Notes: a model not told the origin generated them from the letters alone. DNA of 62,327 nt, filler included, from 20 parts of 20 records of this genome joined end to end with filler, not necessarily neighbours in it; one strand, 5' to 3'; positions 20,666 to 32,163 are shown, numbered from the whole stretch's first letter. Numbers and translations are program-made.

Positions 20666-23014
20666 CTAATCCTCGTCTGAATCCTCTGGTGATATTCTCC
20701 CTGTGTGATGCGTCGAATAGCCACTAACACCTGGTTGCTCCAGATCCACTTCCCTTTGTTTTGCCGGTAGTTCCCGCTGGACAGCTTGATTTTCGACTTG
20801 ACTTCCAGTTCCACTCTCCGACAACTGCCTCCTTTCTTGTTCGGACAATTCCAATCGAAACAACTTCCTGACAGATCTCCTGACCGTACTGACTTGTGTT
20901 TTGACAATGGCCACTCTGTTGACCCCATCCTCTCCAGGCAGGAACCGCTCTATGACTCCCATTTTCCAAGTAAGTCTTTTTCCATCGTCTTCGATGAGTA
21001 CCACTTCTCCCACTTGCAGAGATTTGTTCTGTTCTTGCCAAACCTCCCCCTGATTTCCTAATACATCATAGAGGTAGGATGTGGTCCATTCTTCAGCAAT
21101 GTCCGCTACCCACTGTTGTCTTAGTTTGATTTCATCCTCTAAATTTGGATTCAGAGGATTGACCTGGTCTGTAGCTGGTGTGAGCAAGAAATGTTCAGGC
21201 GTCAAGGGAATAGGCACTCCACTCCTATCAGCTCCTTCCCACAAATGACTGATTGGTCTAGAATTCACCACCTTCTCCACGTCTGAAAGCACCGTAGTCA
21301 TCTCTTCCCAATTGAGTAATTTCTTCCCTAACGTCCTCTTGAGCAACTTTTTGACTTCACGAATGAGTCGTTCCCACACTCCCCCACACCAAGGTGCCTG
21401 TTCCGTAGTGAATCTCCATCCAATCTGAACCTCCTTGCTAACCAGTTTCTTGCTGGCTTCTTGGAAATTGGACCCGTGATCACTCATGAACAGCTTGGGT
21501 TTTCCTCGTCTGTTCATGAATCGTGATAGGCCTTGTAGCGTAGCTTCTCCAGTCAATCCAGAGATGAGTTCCAAATGAATGGCTCTCACTGCCAGGCAGG
21601 TAAACAACATAATCCAAGCTTTTGACTTATCCCTCAATCCCAGAGGACCTGCCAAATCTACTCCTGTAGTATTGAATGGTCGAATTAATGTGGTCCGTTC
21701 TGGTGGAAACGGTGGCACACTCTCTACCGCTCGTGTTGCTTTGAACCTCCGGCACTTCCTGCATTGATTGATGACATTAGCTACGGCTTTCCTAGCTCTA
21801 ACCACCCAGATCCCCTTCTTGCGTAACGCTCCAATAACAGTGGCAGGACCGTCATGTTGCATCTGCTCGTGTGTATATTGAATGAGTTGATCCACCACCC
21901 CACATCGTTTGACTAAGACTGGAAACTTTTCTTGTGTTGTTCCATCCAAATACTTCAGCCGGCCTCCCATGCACATCAACCCATTATCCAATGTAGGAAG
22001 TAGTGACTTGATTGAGGATTCTTTATGCAATTCCTTCCCCTCTTGGAGTGCTGCCAATTCCCTGGAGAAATGCAGTTGTTGCACCTGTTTCAGAATCTTC
22101 TTCTCTGCACTAATCAATTCCTGTTGATTCAGGTCGCCAGAAAAGGTATTGGTTCTGCTCCATCGTAGAACCCAGGCCATGCTCCTCAGCGTAATCATCC
22201 ACCTGCTGGTACGTGATGGATTGACCACTTCTGGTAAATACGGCTCTGGTGGTATTACGGCGACCATGGCGACCACTTTGACCTTGGGCCACTCCGGTTC
22301 TTCCAAGGTCAACCATTCCGGTCCCTTCCACCATAGTTGGTTTACTTTTAAATCCTTGGCTGTACAACCCCGCGTAGGAATGTCTGCTGGATTTTGACTG
22401 GTTGGCACCCAGTTCCACTGTGTTGTAATTGACCTGATCTCCTGCACTCTGTTAGACACGAAAACCCCTTCCACGCCCGGGCCTTTTTCCAGCCAAGCAA
22501 TTGTTGTCTGTGAATCCGTCCATAATTGATTATCCTGCAGATCAATCACCTCCTCCATTTCCTTAAGAAGGTTTTTTAGGATCCTGGCCGCTAACAACAC
22601 TCCCAACAACTCCATGCGGGGAATAGACAGACGCGTGGTAGGTCCTAGCCGGCATTTCGACGTCAACAATGATATGTTCACTCCATCTTGACTTTTGACC
22701 CTCAAATAAGCCACGGCTGCGTACAGTCTATTGGATGCGTCAGAGAAAACATGAATTGTTCGAGTTTCATCCGATTGTTTCAAGCATACCCCACTCCACC
22801 TAGGTACAGAGATGTATTGTGCTTCCTGGAAGGGTTTCAGTATCTTGTCCATCCGTTTCTGTTCATCCTCTGTGAGGGCTGTATCCCATCCCACCTTCTG
22901 CATCCACAAATCCTGGATGAAACACTTGTAGTCGGACAGCAAAGGCGAGACCAATCCCAAAGGATCGAACATCCTAGCTAATCCCGCCACCACTTGTCTC
23001 TTGGTGTAGGTTTT
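20666..23014 (-). CDS. pol: BEL/Pao Pol C-terminal half (RT thumb, RNase H, integrase), 5'-truncated
   Basis: FDPLGLVSP; HVFSDAS; SIPRMELLG; WTDS; NPADIPTRG; WWKGP; H...HDG..CRKC; GVDLAGP; LFTCLAVRAIHLE; SDHGSNF; PWCGGVWERL; NSRPI. Confidence 0.94.
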   Translation of the reverse strand, partial: KTYTKRQVVAGLARMFDPLGLVSPLLSDYKCFIQDLWMQKVGWDTALTEDEQKRMDKILKPFQEAQYISVPRWSGVCLKQSDETRTIHVFSDASNRLYAAVAYLRVKSQDGVNISLLTSKCRLGPTTRLSIPRMELLGVLLAARILKNLLKEMEEVIDLQDNQLWTDSQTTIAWLEKGPGVEGVFVSNRVQEIRSITTQWNWVPTSQNPADIPTRGCTAKDLKVNQLWWKGPEWLTLEEPEWPKVKVVAMVAVIPPEPYLPEVVNPSRTSRWMITLRSMAWVLRWSRTNTFSGDLNQQELISAEKKILKQVQQLHFSRELAALQEGKELHKESSIKSLLPTLDNGLMCMGGRLKYLDGTTQEKFPVLVKRCGVVDQLIQYTHEQMQHDGPATVIGALRKKGIWVVRARKAVANVINQCRKCRRFKATRAVESVPPFPPERTTLIRPFNTTGVDLAGPLGLRDKSKAWIMLFTCLAVRAIHLELISGLTGEATLQGLSRFMNRRGKPKLFMSDHGSNFQEASKKLVSKEVQIGWRFTTEQAPWCGGVWERLIREVKKLLKRTLGKKLLNWEEMTTVLSDVEKVVNSRPISHLWEGADRSGVPIPLTPEHFLLTPATDQVNPLNPNLEDEIKLRQQWVADIAEEWTTSYLYDVLGNQGEVWQEQNKSLQVGEVVLIEDDGKRLTWKMGVIERFLPGEDGVNRVAIVKTQVSTVRRSVRKLFRLELSEQERRQLSESGTGSQVENQAVQRELPAKQREVDLEQPGVSGYSTHHTGRISPEDSDED

Positions 23015-23286
23015 CANNNNNNNNNNNNNNNNNNNNNNNNNNNNNNNNNNNNNNNNNNNNTTAATTAATTAANNNNNNNNNNNNNNNNNNNNNNNNNNNN
23101 NNNNNNNNNNNNNNNNGTAAACGTGGCCAGGTATCCGTGCGTAGCACAGCTGCTGTCTCTGCAGTGATGGCTACACACGGGGCCTTGGAACATGGACACT
23201 CAGGTGTACATGATGTGTACAAACGCAACAGAGTCGCGGGTACAGATAGCACACAGGGCACACAAAGGTCAACGGTGCATAACGTG

Positions 23287-24396
23287 ATGGCAAACAGTAT
23301 TCAAGCCAAGGTGCTACAGAGGCCTATGACTTTACGTCTACATGCTGCTGACATCGGCCTAACACACCAGGATATTTACTCGGAGCTGATGAAGATCGAT
23401 AAGGAAGCAACATGCATCGAATGCATACAGCAAGTCAACCAACGTTCGTTCTTTGTCACATTCGAGAATAGTGATGTCGGGGTTACACTCAAAAATGCCT
23501 TTTTAGATGAGTTCTCTGAAGGCAAACAAATAGTCGCACTCAAATCAAAGACCACTACAGTATTATACGCTGAGGGTTGGAGCAACAAACAGGTTGCACA
23601 CATATACGGCGCTCCATATGAGATAGAGAATGATGAACTGAAAGAGATCTTTGATTTATATGGCGATATAGAATTAATTAAGCACGGAAATTTGAAAGAC
23701 TGCCCTGGGATAAAGAATGGAAACCGGCACATCACCTTTCGGACCATAGAGAAGGACCTGCCTGATAGCTTAGTGGTACAGGGATACAGAATATTTATCA
23801 AAGGAAATCAAGGGACCATCACACGGAATTCTGGACCTCGACCGATAAAGAAATGTTTCAACTGCAGTGGAAACCACCTAATCAAGGACTGCCAAGAAGA
23901 AATTGTCTGCAGGAAATGCGGTTTACCCGGGCACATAGCGAAATCATGCCAGCCACACAAGGAGTTACAGCAAGCGCAGGAAAAAGTCATTGAAGACACC
24001 AACCAGGATGAAATGTATGCACGTGCCGCCTCTGCAATAAATCAGTTGGAACAAGAGTACAATGAGCTCGCATCTGCAGGAAAAAATGTGGAAAGAAAGG
24101 AACAGGAAAAAGACAAACGGGCACCCAGACCCCCACCAAGAGCACCTAGAAATACGAGCCAGAAACGTAAAAATGAAAACAGATCCCCATCGCAGACTGA
24201 GGAAATGAAGCAAGCAATAAAACAGACAAAAGTTTCATTCGAAAGCGAAAACATATTCGATCACCTAACAGAAGAAGACGGTGATAGCGAAAATGAAAAA
24301 ATCTCTCCTTCTCAAGGCCAGAAAAATTTGACAGAGGATCCGCTATCATCGACTGAAATAGGCCCACCCATTTCCCCAATACGTGACCAAAATTAG
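23287..24396 (+). CDS. L1/Tx1-type LINE ORF1 (RRM-like region + 2 CCHC knuckles); frame open upstream to 23137
   Basis: IYGAPYEI....L..IF..YG; IKNGNR; CFNCSGNHLIKDC, CRKCGLPGHIAKSC. Start chosen by homology with the ORF1 at 32969. Confidence 0.88.
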   Translation: MANSIQAKVLQRPMTLRLHAADIGLTHQDIYSELMKIDKEATCIECIQQVNQRSFFVTFENSDVGVTLKNAFLDEFSEGKQIVALKSKTTTVLYAEGWSNKQVAHIYGAPYEIENDELKEIFDLYGDIELIKHGNLKDCPGIKNGNRHITFRTIEKDLPDSLVVQGYRIFIKGNQGTITRNSGPRPIKKCFNCSGNHLIKDCQEEIVCRKCGLPGHIAKSCQPHKELQQAQEKVIEDTNQDEMYARAASAINQLEQEYNELASAGKNVERKEQEKDKRAPRPPPRAPRNTSQKRKNENRSPSQTEEMKQAIKQTKVSFESENIFDHLTEEDGDSENEKISPSQGQKNLTEDPLSSTEIGPPISPIRDQN

Positions 24397-24438
24397 AATT
24401 ACCTGAGTACTATACAGAATACTGCTAAATGCTACAAA

Positions 24439-26308
24439 ATGACCCCTGATATAAAAATAGCTTCGCTGAATGTGTGTGGATTGAAGGGAAAGATAAGTAG
24501 AATATCCGATTTTGCAAAACGGAGGCATGTCGACATTCTCTGTATGCAGGAAACACATGAGCTCTCTAGGAAAGAAATCTTTTTTTGGGAGAAGCTTATG
24601 CCCGGAAACACCTTTTGGAGTACACACGGCAATGCAGCAGGTGTAGCAATATACATATCAGAAAAAATCGAAGCAACCAATTTTAAACATGAAGTAATAA
24701 TCCCTAACAGATGCAACTCTGTGGAGCTAAAGATATCAGATTATACATATAAAATTACAAACGTTTATGGTCCGTGTGACAGCCGAAAGAGCAGAGACGA
24801 TTTCTACAATAAGTTATGCGCAGAACTCATCACTAATGTACCACAGTCAGGCCCAGATTATGAGATCTACACTGGAGATTTCAATAATGTTGACAAAGAA
24901 AGCGATCGTAAAACCGTGAGGAAAACTGGAATTGGCACTGAAATATTTGGCGGTAGTATATCCAACAAGAAGATAACAGCAGAAAGGAAAGTACAGGATG
25001 CATGGGAACACTTGAAAGGCAACTTACCAGGCTTCACATGGAGGAATCTAAGAGGATCGACAAGCAGGCTAGACAGAATATACGTCTCAAAGCCAGTAAG
25101 AAGATGCCTAAAAGATATCCAGAAAATATCCAATACTGTTTCAGATCATGACATGATCATGATAAGCATGATAAATCCAGCTCACATTAAACGAGGGAAA
25201 GGTACATGGAAGTGCAACACCAATATACTGAAAGATCGGAAACTACAAGCAGAAATAAAAAACTTTCTCCAGCAATGGAAAAGGAAAAAGACAGCATTCA
25301 ATGATGCACGGTTATGGTGGGATAAACTAAAGGAGCGATGCAAGAAAATAATAATCAAACATAGTGTAGAGACAACACGAAACAAAAAATGTGAGATCAC
25401 AGAATGTGAAAAGAAATTAGCAGAGATGATACAAAGAAATGACGAAACGGAAACCGAGGACACAATAGCAGAAATTTTACGACTACGCACTGAGCTCGAA
25501 AAGCATGAACAATATAAGCTAGACGGCATAAAAGTAAGATCGCGTATCCTTTATCATGAGGAGTATGAAACTAATTCGGCTTTTTTTCTTAGAGCAGCAA
25601 AACAAAGAAAGAAGAAGCAAGAAATGACAGCATTGTATGACAATAATAACGATATACAAACCGAACCAGACAAAATAGCTGAACTCGTATATAACTATTA
25701 CAAGGATCTATACACAAGCGAAACGATAGATGAGAGAATCCAGGATGACTACCTTAATTGTATAAGCAGAACCCTGACGGAAGAAGAGGCTCAGACTTGC
25801 GAAGGTCTAATTTCTGAGGAAGAATGTCATATGGCCCTCAATACTATGGCTAATAACAAGACGCCGGGTATAGACGGTTTGCCGAAAGAGTTCTACAAGA
25901 CATTCTGGGATGAACTGAAAACGGAAATAACAGAAACATTTAATAACTGCTACCTTAAAGGTGAACTAACAGAGACAATGAGAACTGCAATACTAATATT
26001 GTTACACAAAAAGATGGACCATAGATTTCTAAAGAACTGGAGGCCCTTGAGCATGCTGTGCACGGATTACAAAATACTAGCAAAAGTTATCGCCAACCGT
26101 GTAAAACACGTGCTGTCAATTTTAATCAAAAAAGGACAAACATGTGCTGTACCCAGCCGCACTATATACGAGACATTGTATAACATTCAACAGACAATTG
26201 ATTATATTTCAACTTGGTACGAAAAGGGAGCAGACATGGGAGGAATCATAATAGCCATTGACTCAGAAAAAGCCTTTGACCGAGTCGAACACTCATGGCT
26301 CTACAAAG
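24439..26308 (+). CDS. L1/Tx1-type LINE ORF2 (APE endonuclease + RT N-half), 3'-truncated
   Basis: SLNVCGL, MQETH, GDFN, SRLDRIY, SDHD, GTWKCN, KTPGIDG, NWRPLSML, DSEKAFDRV. Confidence 0.94.
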
Positions 26309-26412
26309 NNNNNNNNNNNNNNNNNNNNNNNNNNNNNNNNNNNNNNNNNNNNTTAATTAATTAANNNNNNNNNNNNNNNNNNNNNNNNNNNNNNNNNNNN
26401 NNNNNNNNCGGG

Positions 26413-29403
26413 ATGACTAATTATCACAGAGCAGGACTCCAAGAATTTGAACCTTTAAAGACAGAATACAAATTGCTTGATGCTTGGAAAGCACTGAATC
26501 CCACAGGTACTGGCTTCACATGGCGAAATGCATCTGGTAGTCAAGCTTCGAGGGTTGACAGATTCTACATCAACGAAGAACTGCTACGGCTTGTTATTGA
26601 GTATGACAACACACCCAATGCGTATAGCGACCACAGCTACATCACATTGCGATTCAATGACGGGTTCTACAAGCAAAATACCAAGTCTGTGTGGAGATGT
26701 AACATTTCAGTTCTCGCCAATGCAGACTTAAAGCAGCAAATAGAAACTTTCACATCAATGTGGCGTTGTAAAAAAAGTGCGTATGAAAACCCTCTACAAT
26801 GGTGGGATGATTACAAAGAAAAAGTGAAATATAAAATAATAGCCTATTGCAGCGCCCTGAAGAAGCAGGAAAATGAAAAAGAACGGAAGCTTGAACAGAA
26901 ACTGAAAGACCTGTATAAACAACAAGATGATCCCACCAGCAAGTCTCAAACTAATGGAATCGAAGCAACCATAAGAGATACGAAAGAGCAACTTGAAAAA
27001 CTGGTAAAATCAAGCAAAGAAGGAGCAACAATAAGAGCAAGAGCGCATTACATTGAAAATGGGGAAACGTCTCCAAGCTACTTTACAGGCCTAGAAAAGA
27101 AGCACGCTCTTCAGAAGCACATACATGCTCTTTACACGGACGAAGATGTGCTGGTTGAAACAGAAGCAGAAATTAAAAATGTAGTACAGGACTTCTATGG
27201 GAATTTATACAAAACAGAACCAACAGATGAAAATATACAAAACTTCTTTCTCGACAAAGTAACAGCCGTTCTGACAGAAGAAGACAGAGTAACCTGTGAA
27301 GATTTTGTCCAGAAAGATGAGCTATATGAAGCCCTTAAGAATATGAACCGGAACAAAACTCCAGGCAAAGATGGTCTCCCAATGGAGTTCTATTATGAAT
27401 ACTGGAGCCTTATTGGAGAAGATCTGGCCGAGGTGTTGAATAATGCATTCCTTCAAGGTCGACTTCCAGATTCCATGCTTCTAGCCCTTATTGTTCTGCT
27501 ATTTAAAAAAGATGACCACAGGCTACTTACCAACTATAGGCCAATATCGCTCCTTAACCTGGACTACAAGCTGTTGACAAAAGCTTTGGCTACTAGGCTG
27601 AGGAGAGTGATGCCGAAACTAATCAATATTAACCAGACATGCGGAATTCCTGAGCGGTTTATATTTGACAATATTTTCCTCATACAAGGGATAGTGGAGC
27701 ATAGTCGCCATAAAAATGTACCCTGCGCAATAATAGGGCTTGATAATGAAAAGGCTTTCGATCGTGTCGAGCATGAGTGGCTTAGCAAAGTATTGGAGAA
27801 ATTTGGTTTTGGACCACACTTCAGGCGATGGATACAAATACTCTACACAGGGATGCTGTCACAAGTGGTGTTAAACGGAGGCCCACTGTCACCAATAAAG
27901 GTAGAACGTTCCTTGAGACAGGGCTGTCCTCTCTCAATGCTGCTCTATGTTTTGACTGCAGAACCGCTAGATGCTGCTATACGAGCAAACTCCAGGATAA
28001 AGGGAATCTCTCTCCCAGGTGGTAGCGAAATAAAGCTGTCATGCTATGCAGATGACAAAACGGCTTTTATATCTGATAGCCAGTCATTGAAACTAATTGC
28101 AGACTTAATAAACAAGTTCCAGAAAGCATCCGGTGCGAAGCAAAACCAAAAGAAAACAGAAATACTTGCTCTAGGAGATTGGAAAAGAGAGATCGCTAGC
28201 CTTCCTCAGGACTGCTTGAAACAAAGTGTAAAGGTCTTGGGAGTAACGTTTGAAAGAGTTATGAACAGCGTCGACAACTGGGGTGCGGTTATTGAGAAAG
28301 TCAGAACAACATTGGAGAAATGGAAAGAGCGTAATCTATCAATGGAAGGACGATCCACTCTGCTCAATGTCTTTGCACTTAGCAAAGTCTGGTATCTGTC
28401 GCGCTTTATACCAATGACACAGGAAACTTCAAGAAAGCTACAGAGGCTAGCTTTTGACTTTATTTGGAACATTCCAGTTGAACCCATTAAACGGGAAGTT
28501 ATGTATTTACCCAAGTGTCGAGGTGGGCAGAACATAACCAACATTGCTCAGAGATCGAAGGCAATACTAGTAAGCAGAATTGCATTGATGCTAAAGACCA
28601 AACACAGCTGGAAAATTTATGCTCGCTACCAGATTGGTACGCAACTAAGATCTTTGGAACGTGCACTAGCGTCGAATTCGGTGCCTCATGCTGAAATTCC
28701 GTATGGTATCTACAAGGACATACTGAAGATATATAGAGAAGTAAATAACAATAGGATATTATTTCTTAGCAAACACCCAATTAAAGCACTGTATGCTGCT
28801 CTATTAGACACAAACATTGCAGTGGCTGTGGTTGATGACAATCAAGATAAGGACTGGGACGTAATATGGGCTAACACCAACAACAAGTTTCTGGAACCGA
28901 AACAACGCCAATTGAATTTTATGATTGTACACAATAGACTCCACACAGGTGACCGAAGACATAGACACCGAATAACTAGAGATGCAAACGGCCGGCGGTA
29001 CAACAACAACTGTAAGTACTGCATTGGTTATCTGGAATCTGTGAACCACATCTTCCTTACATGTGGAGAACTAACGGACCTCAGAAATCATGTAAATAGC
29101 TACATCCATAAGATAGATATGCAGAGTAATATCGACGCAGACAGCACAATTCACAACCTTTGCAGAAATAATTTGCCGAAATTATCAGTTGCCGCGCAAC
29201 GGGCAACTCTCTTTCTGAACGCGCTCTACAAACAGACAGTGTGGACATTCAGAAACCTGATTGAACACAGAGAGACTACAAGAGAGCAAGCACTGCGTAA
29301 CATGGTGGAACATTTTAACAAGGAGCTAAGGAGAAGAGTCGAAGCGGACAAAATACGTCTTCTTGACGACGAATTTCAACAGCAATGGCATTTAATTATT
29401 TAG
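26413..29403 (+). CDS. L1/Tx1-type LINE ORF2 (APE C-end, RT, C-terminal CCHC), 5'-truncated
   Basis: SRVDRFY, SDHS, NYRPISLLN, DNEKAFDRV, RQGCPLS, YADD, CKYC....ESVNHIFLTC. Confidence 0.94.
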   Translation: MTNYHRAGLQEFEPLKTEYKLLDAWKALNPTGTGFTWRNASGSQASRVDRFYINEELLRLVIEYDNTPNAYSDHSYITLRFNDGFYKQNTKSVWRCNISVLANADLKQQIETFTSMWRCKKSAYENPLQWWDDYKEKVKYKIIAYCSALKKQENEKERKLEQKLKDLYKQQDDPTSKSQTNGIEATIRDTKEQLEKLVKSSKEGATIRARAHYIENGETSPSYFTGLEKKHALQKHIHALYTDEDVLVETEAEIKNVVQDFYGNLYKTEPTDENIQNFFLDKVTAVLTEEDRVTCEDFVQKDELYEALKNMNRNKTPGKDGLPMEFYYEYWSLIGEDLAEVLNNAFLQGRLPDSMLLALIVLLFKKDDHRLLTNYRPISLLNLDYKLLTKALATRLRRVMPKLININQTCGIPERFIFDNIFLIQGIVEHSRHKNVPCAIIGLDNEKAFDRVEHEWLSKVLEKFGFGPHFRRWIQILYTGMLSQVVLNGGPLSPIKVERSLRQGCPLSMLLYVLTAEPLDAAIRANSRIKGISLPGGSEIKLSCYADDKTAFISDSQSLKLIADLINKFQKASGAKQNQKKTEILALGDWKREIASLPQDCLKQSVKVLGVTFERVMNSVDNWGAVIEKVRTTLEKWKERNLSMEGRSTLLNVFALSKVWYLSRFIPMTQETSRKLQRLAFDFIWNIPVEPIKREVMYLPKCRGGQNITNIAQRSKAILVSRIALMLKTKHSWKIYARYQIGTQLRSLERALASNSVPHAEIPYGIYKDILKIYREVNNNRILFLSKHPIKALYAALLDTNIAVAVVDDNQDKDWDVIWANTNNKFLEPKQRQLNFMIVHNRLHTGDRRHRHRITRDANGRRYNNNCKYCIGYLESVNHIFLTCGELTDLRNHVNSYIHKIDMQSNIDADSTIHNLCRNNLPKLSVAAQRATLFLNALYKQTVWTFRNLIEHRETTREQALRNMVEHFNKELRRRVEADKIRLLDDEFQQQWHLII

Positions 29404-29552
29404 AAGGTACCCCGGAAAAAGACTAACAAACACACAGGGGCAGGGCCTTCAACTTGTCAAAGATAAAGATTTAAAACTGACTGAAGCGGAACCAGTGCCA
29501 AAACAATCGGGAATCAACAGTTTTAACGAATACTAAAATCGAACCGTCTGGT

Positions 29553-29611
29553 AGTGTATGATGCCCATCGCCGGAGCAGAGGATCTGTTCTGGTGATGAG
29601 TTTCATACACT
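29553..29611 (+). other. Long RNA hairpin in the LINE 3' UTR
   Basis: AGTGTATGA(29553-61) pairs with TCATACACT(29603-11); CATCGCCGGAGCAGA(29566-80) pairs with TCTGTTCTGGTGATG(29584-98) using three G-U pairs; GGA loop. Confidence 0.75.
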
Positions 29612-29790
29612 TCTCGTCCAATTAACCATATAATAAGCAACTAATAACCTAGCCGGTATGGCACATTCATGTAATGCCGTGGCACAATCTNNNNNNNNNN
29701 NNNNNNNNNNNNNNNNNNNNNNNNNNNNNNNNNNTTAATTAATTAANNNNNNNNNNNNNNNNNNNNNNNNNNNNNNNNNNNNNNNNNNNN

Positions 29791-32163
29791 ATGGCACCTA
29801 AAACTAAAAAGACTAGAAAAACTAGTGACGTTTTTGCCTTGGGGCCAGGTATTACGGAGGAAGATGCCAAGATTACAGGTGTCCGTTTGCCTACCAACAG
29901 ACAAGTGCTCAGATGCTACCTTTTCCATAGAGAAAGAGGCAACCAACAAAACTTAACGAAACGTGACATCGCAAAAATTGTACTGTCAAAAATTGAACCG
30001 TTTTACGCGAAAGGAAATATTCCCATGGCAACTGAAAAATATGCATGTGAAAAAATTGTAAACCTCAATGAAAAGAACAGAAAACTGCGTGAGACTCCAT
30101 TAAAGCGTAGGACTACTGACAACATGAAGGCAAAGCTTGCTGACATGGAAAATGAACTAAACAAGACTTGCCCTCTCTGGGCACCGAATGCTGAAAAGCT
30201 GATAAAAAATCTAGAGGATCAGAAGTTTCTTGAATCTATGAAGACAGATCGTGTAGCAACGATTGGCGCTCTTGATCGTGTACAAGTTGCTCAAGTTCAG
30301 CGGACCGAAAAGAGGCAAGGGGACGAGCAAAAAAGAAGAGAAAAAGCCTATGAAGAAATGGCAGGTTGCAGCTTTTGGGACGCTCCACCCGCCAGTCCCG
30401 CCTCTGGTGAATCTACTAGTGCGTCCACCACAAGTACTGAACATGAGGATTCAGAGTATGAAATGACAAGTTCTGCTACCAAGAAGAAAGTGCCTCTGCC
30501 AAAAGGAACACCCGCTCACATACCAAAAGACATTCTTAAGTCTCCCAGACTTGTGTCTTTGTCTGCTAGAATGAAAATAACACCTAGTCAGCAAGCAGCA
30601 TTTACAGAAGCTTTGATTGAGGAATCGGGTGGTGACACTGCCAAGGTTTCAACATCTTATGCTACCGCTGATCGTTCAAGGAGAAAAGTGACTGCAAAAC
30701 TTGCGGAATCGTATAAAGAGTCGTGGAACCCACCAGAACTAGCTTCGCTACATTGGGACTCAAAACTAATGCCTGGCCTTCAAGATACTGCAAAAAAAGA
30801 AGAACGCTTAGTTGTTGCTGTTGGAGATAGAAATGATTTAAAACTGTTAGGAATTCCTTCGTACGAACCTGGCACAGACAGAAAGTCTGGAGACATTATT
30901 GCTGAAAAAACAGTACCTCTGTTACAGGAATGGAACTGTGACAAAAATATTGTCAACATGACATTTGACACAACAGCAGCAAATACCGGTCATCTCAGCG
31001 CTGCTTGCATTTCAATTCAGGAACGACTGGAGCGGCCACTACTGTGGTCAGCTTGTAGACATCATGTTGGGGAGGTTATTGTCGGACATGTGTTTGATGG
31101 GTTAAAGATTGAAAGTTCGAAATCACCAGATGTGTTGTTATTTTCTAGATACAAGAAAAACCATGAAATGTTCACTACTGAAAATCTTGACACTATTGAC
31201 AATATGAATTTACCCGAAGGTTCAGCGCAGACAGTGTACAAACTTAAAGATCAGGCAGTTCAAGTGTTACAATTTAGTGAACCTTTGGTTAGAGATGACT
31301 ATAAGGAATTTGCTGAACTGTGTTTGGTTTTTCTTGGAGCGAAGCCTAAACCAAGAAAATTTCGAAAACCTGGTGCTCTTCATAGGGCTAGATGGATGGC
31401 CCAATTGATATATGCATTGAAGATCTGCATGTTAGAATCTCAGATCGCAGAGCTGCCACCAGGCACAATTACAACGAAAGCCCAGGCTCCCAGAATTAGA
31501 GAGTTTGTTCTCTTTATTGTGCTAGTGTACAGTCCTTGGTGGATGACATGCAATTCAGCTACTGACGCACCCTCTAATGACTTGCACTTGTATCAAAATG
31601 TCATTGAGTACCAATCAATTAACATAACTGTCTCAGAATGTGCCATTAAATCTCTGAATCGGCATCTCTGGTATCTAAATGCTGAAATGATACCGCTAAC
31701 ATTGTTCAGTTCAAAAGTGCCAAACGACGAAAAGCGGGAAGTTGTCAAAAGCTTGAGAGAGTGCAAACCTGAACCAGGGGACACTGTAAAACCTGTTAGA
31801 TATGGAACTGGGTTCGGCAAACCTGAGTTTCCAAGTAATATTACTGCTGATACAACACTGTCCTCACTAGTAAAACGTGACTCATGGTTTCTGTTTCAAA
31901 TACTGAAACTTGATGATACTTTTATAGATATTGACGTTGATGAATGGTGCGATCTAGAGTCCTATGTACAGAACCAAAAGAAAGTCAGTGCAGTTAACGT
32001 TGTTAATGATGGTGCCGAACGTGGCGTTAAACTAGGTTCAGATTTTCTGCAAGCAGCAAAGTCTGAGACACATTTTCAAAATGTAGTTCAAGTTGTTGAA
32101 AGTGATCGCAAAAAGCGCTCAAATTTGCGCGTCCTGCCAAAGGTGTTTGAAATAGCAAAGTGA
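29791..32163 (+). CDS. DDE transposase (hAT-related, hATm-like), 790 aa
   Basis: LHWDSKL, FDTTAANTG, ACRHH, RDDYKE, PGALHRARWM, RHLWYL, VVNDGAERGVKL. Confidence 0.85.
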   Translation: MAPKTKKTRKTSDVFALGPGITEEDAKITGVRLPTNRQVLRCYLFHRERGNQQNLTKRDIAKIVLSKIEPFYAKGNIPMATEKYACEKIVNLNEKNRKLRETPLKRRTTDNMKAKLADMENELNKTCPLWAPNAEKLIKNLEDQKFLESMKTDRVATIGALDRVQVAQVQRTEKRQGDEQKRREKAYEEMAGCSFWDAPPASPASGESTSASTTSTEHEDSEYEMTSSATKKKVPLPKGTPAHIPKDILKSPRLVSLSARMKITPSQQAAFTEALIEESGGDTAKVSTSYATADRSRRKVTAKLAESYKESWNPPELASLHWDSKLMPGLQDTAKKEERLVVAVGDRNDLKLLGIPSYEPGTDRKSGDIIAEKTVPLLQEWNCDKNIVNMTFDTTAANTGHLSAACISIQERLERPLLWSACRHHVGEVIVGHVFDGLKIESSKSPDVLLFSRYKKNHEMFTTENLDTIDNMNLPEGSAQTVYKLKDQAVQVLQFSEPLVRDDYKEFAELCLVFLGAKPKPRKFRKPGALHRARWMAQLIYALKICMLESQIAELPPGTITTKAQAPRIREFVLFIVLVYSPWWMTCNSATDAPSNDLHLYQNVIEYQSINITVSECAIKSLNRHLWYLNAEMIPLTLFSSKVPNDEKREVVKSLRECKPEPGDTVKPVRYGTGFGKPEFPSNITADTTLSSLVKRDSWFLFQILKLDDTFIDIDVDEWCDLESYVQNQKKVSAVNVVNDGAERGVKLGSDFLQAAKSETHFQNVVQVVESDRKKRSNLRVLPKVFEIAK

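Noticed and set aside
29553-29611. SECIS element (ATGA...GA in a hairpin), or Sec decoding of the gag UGA codons
   Set aside because: No helix fits the AUGA/GA quartet register, there is no apical AA, and this ORF2 has no in-frame UGA. The Gypsy UGAs are on other fragments and match readthrough contexts.
23117-29690. Adjacent LINE fragments as one continuous element
   Set aside because: They are separated by a linker and overlap in domain content (both contain the APE end and RT start) with different sequences.
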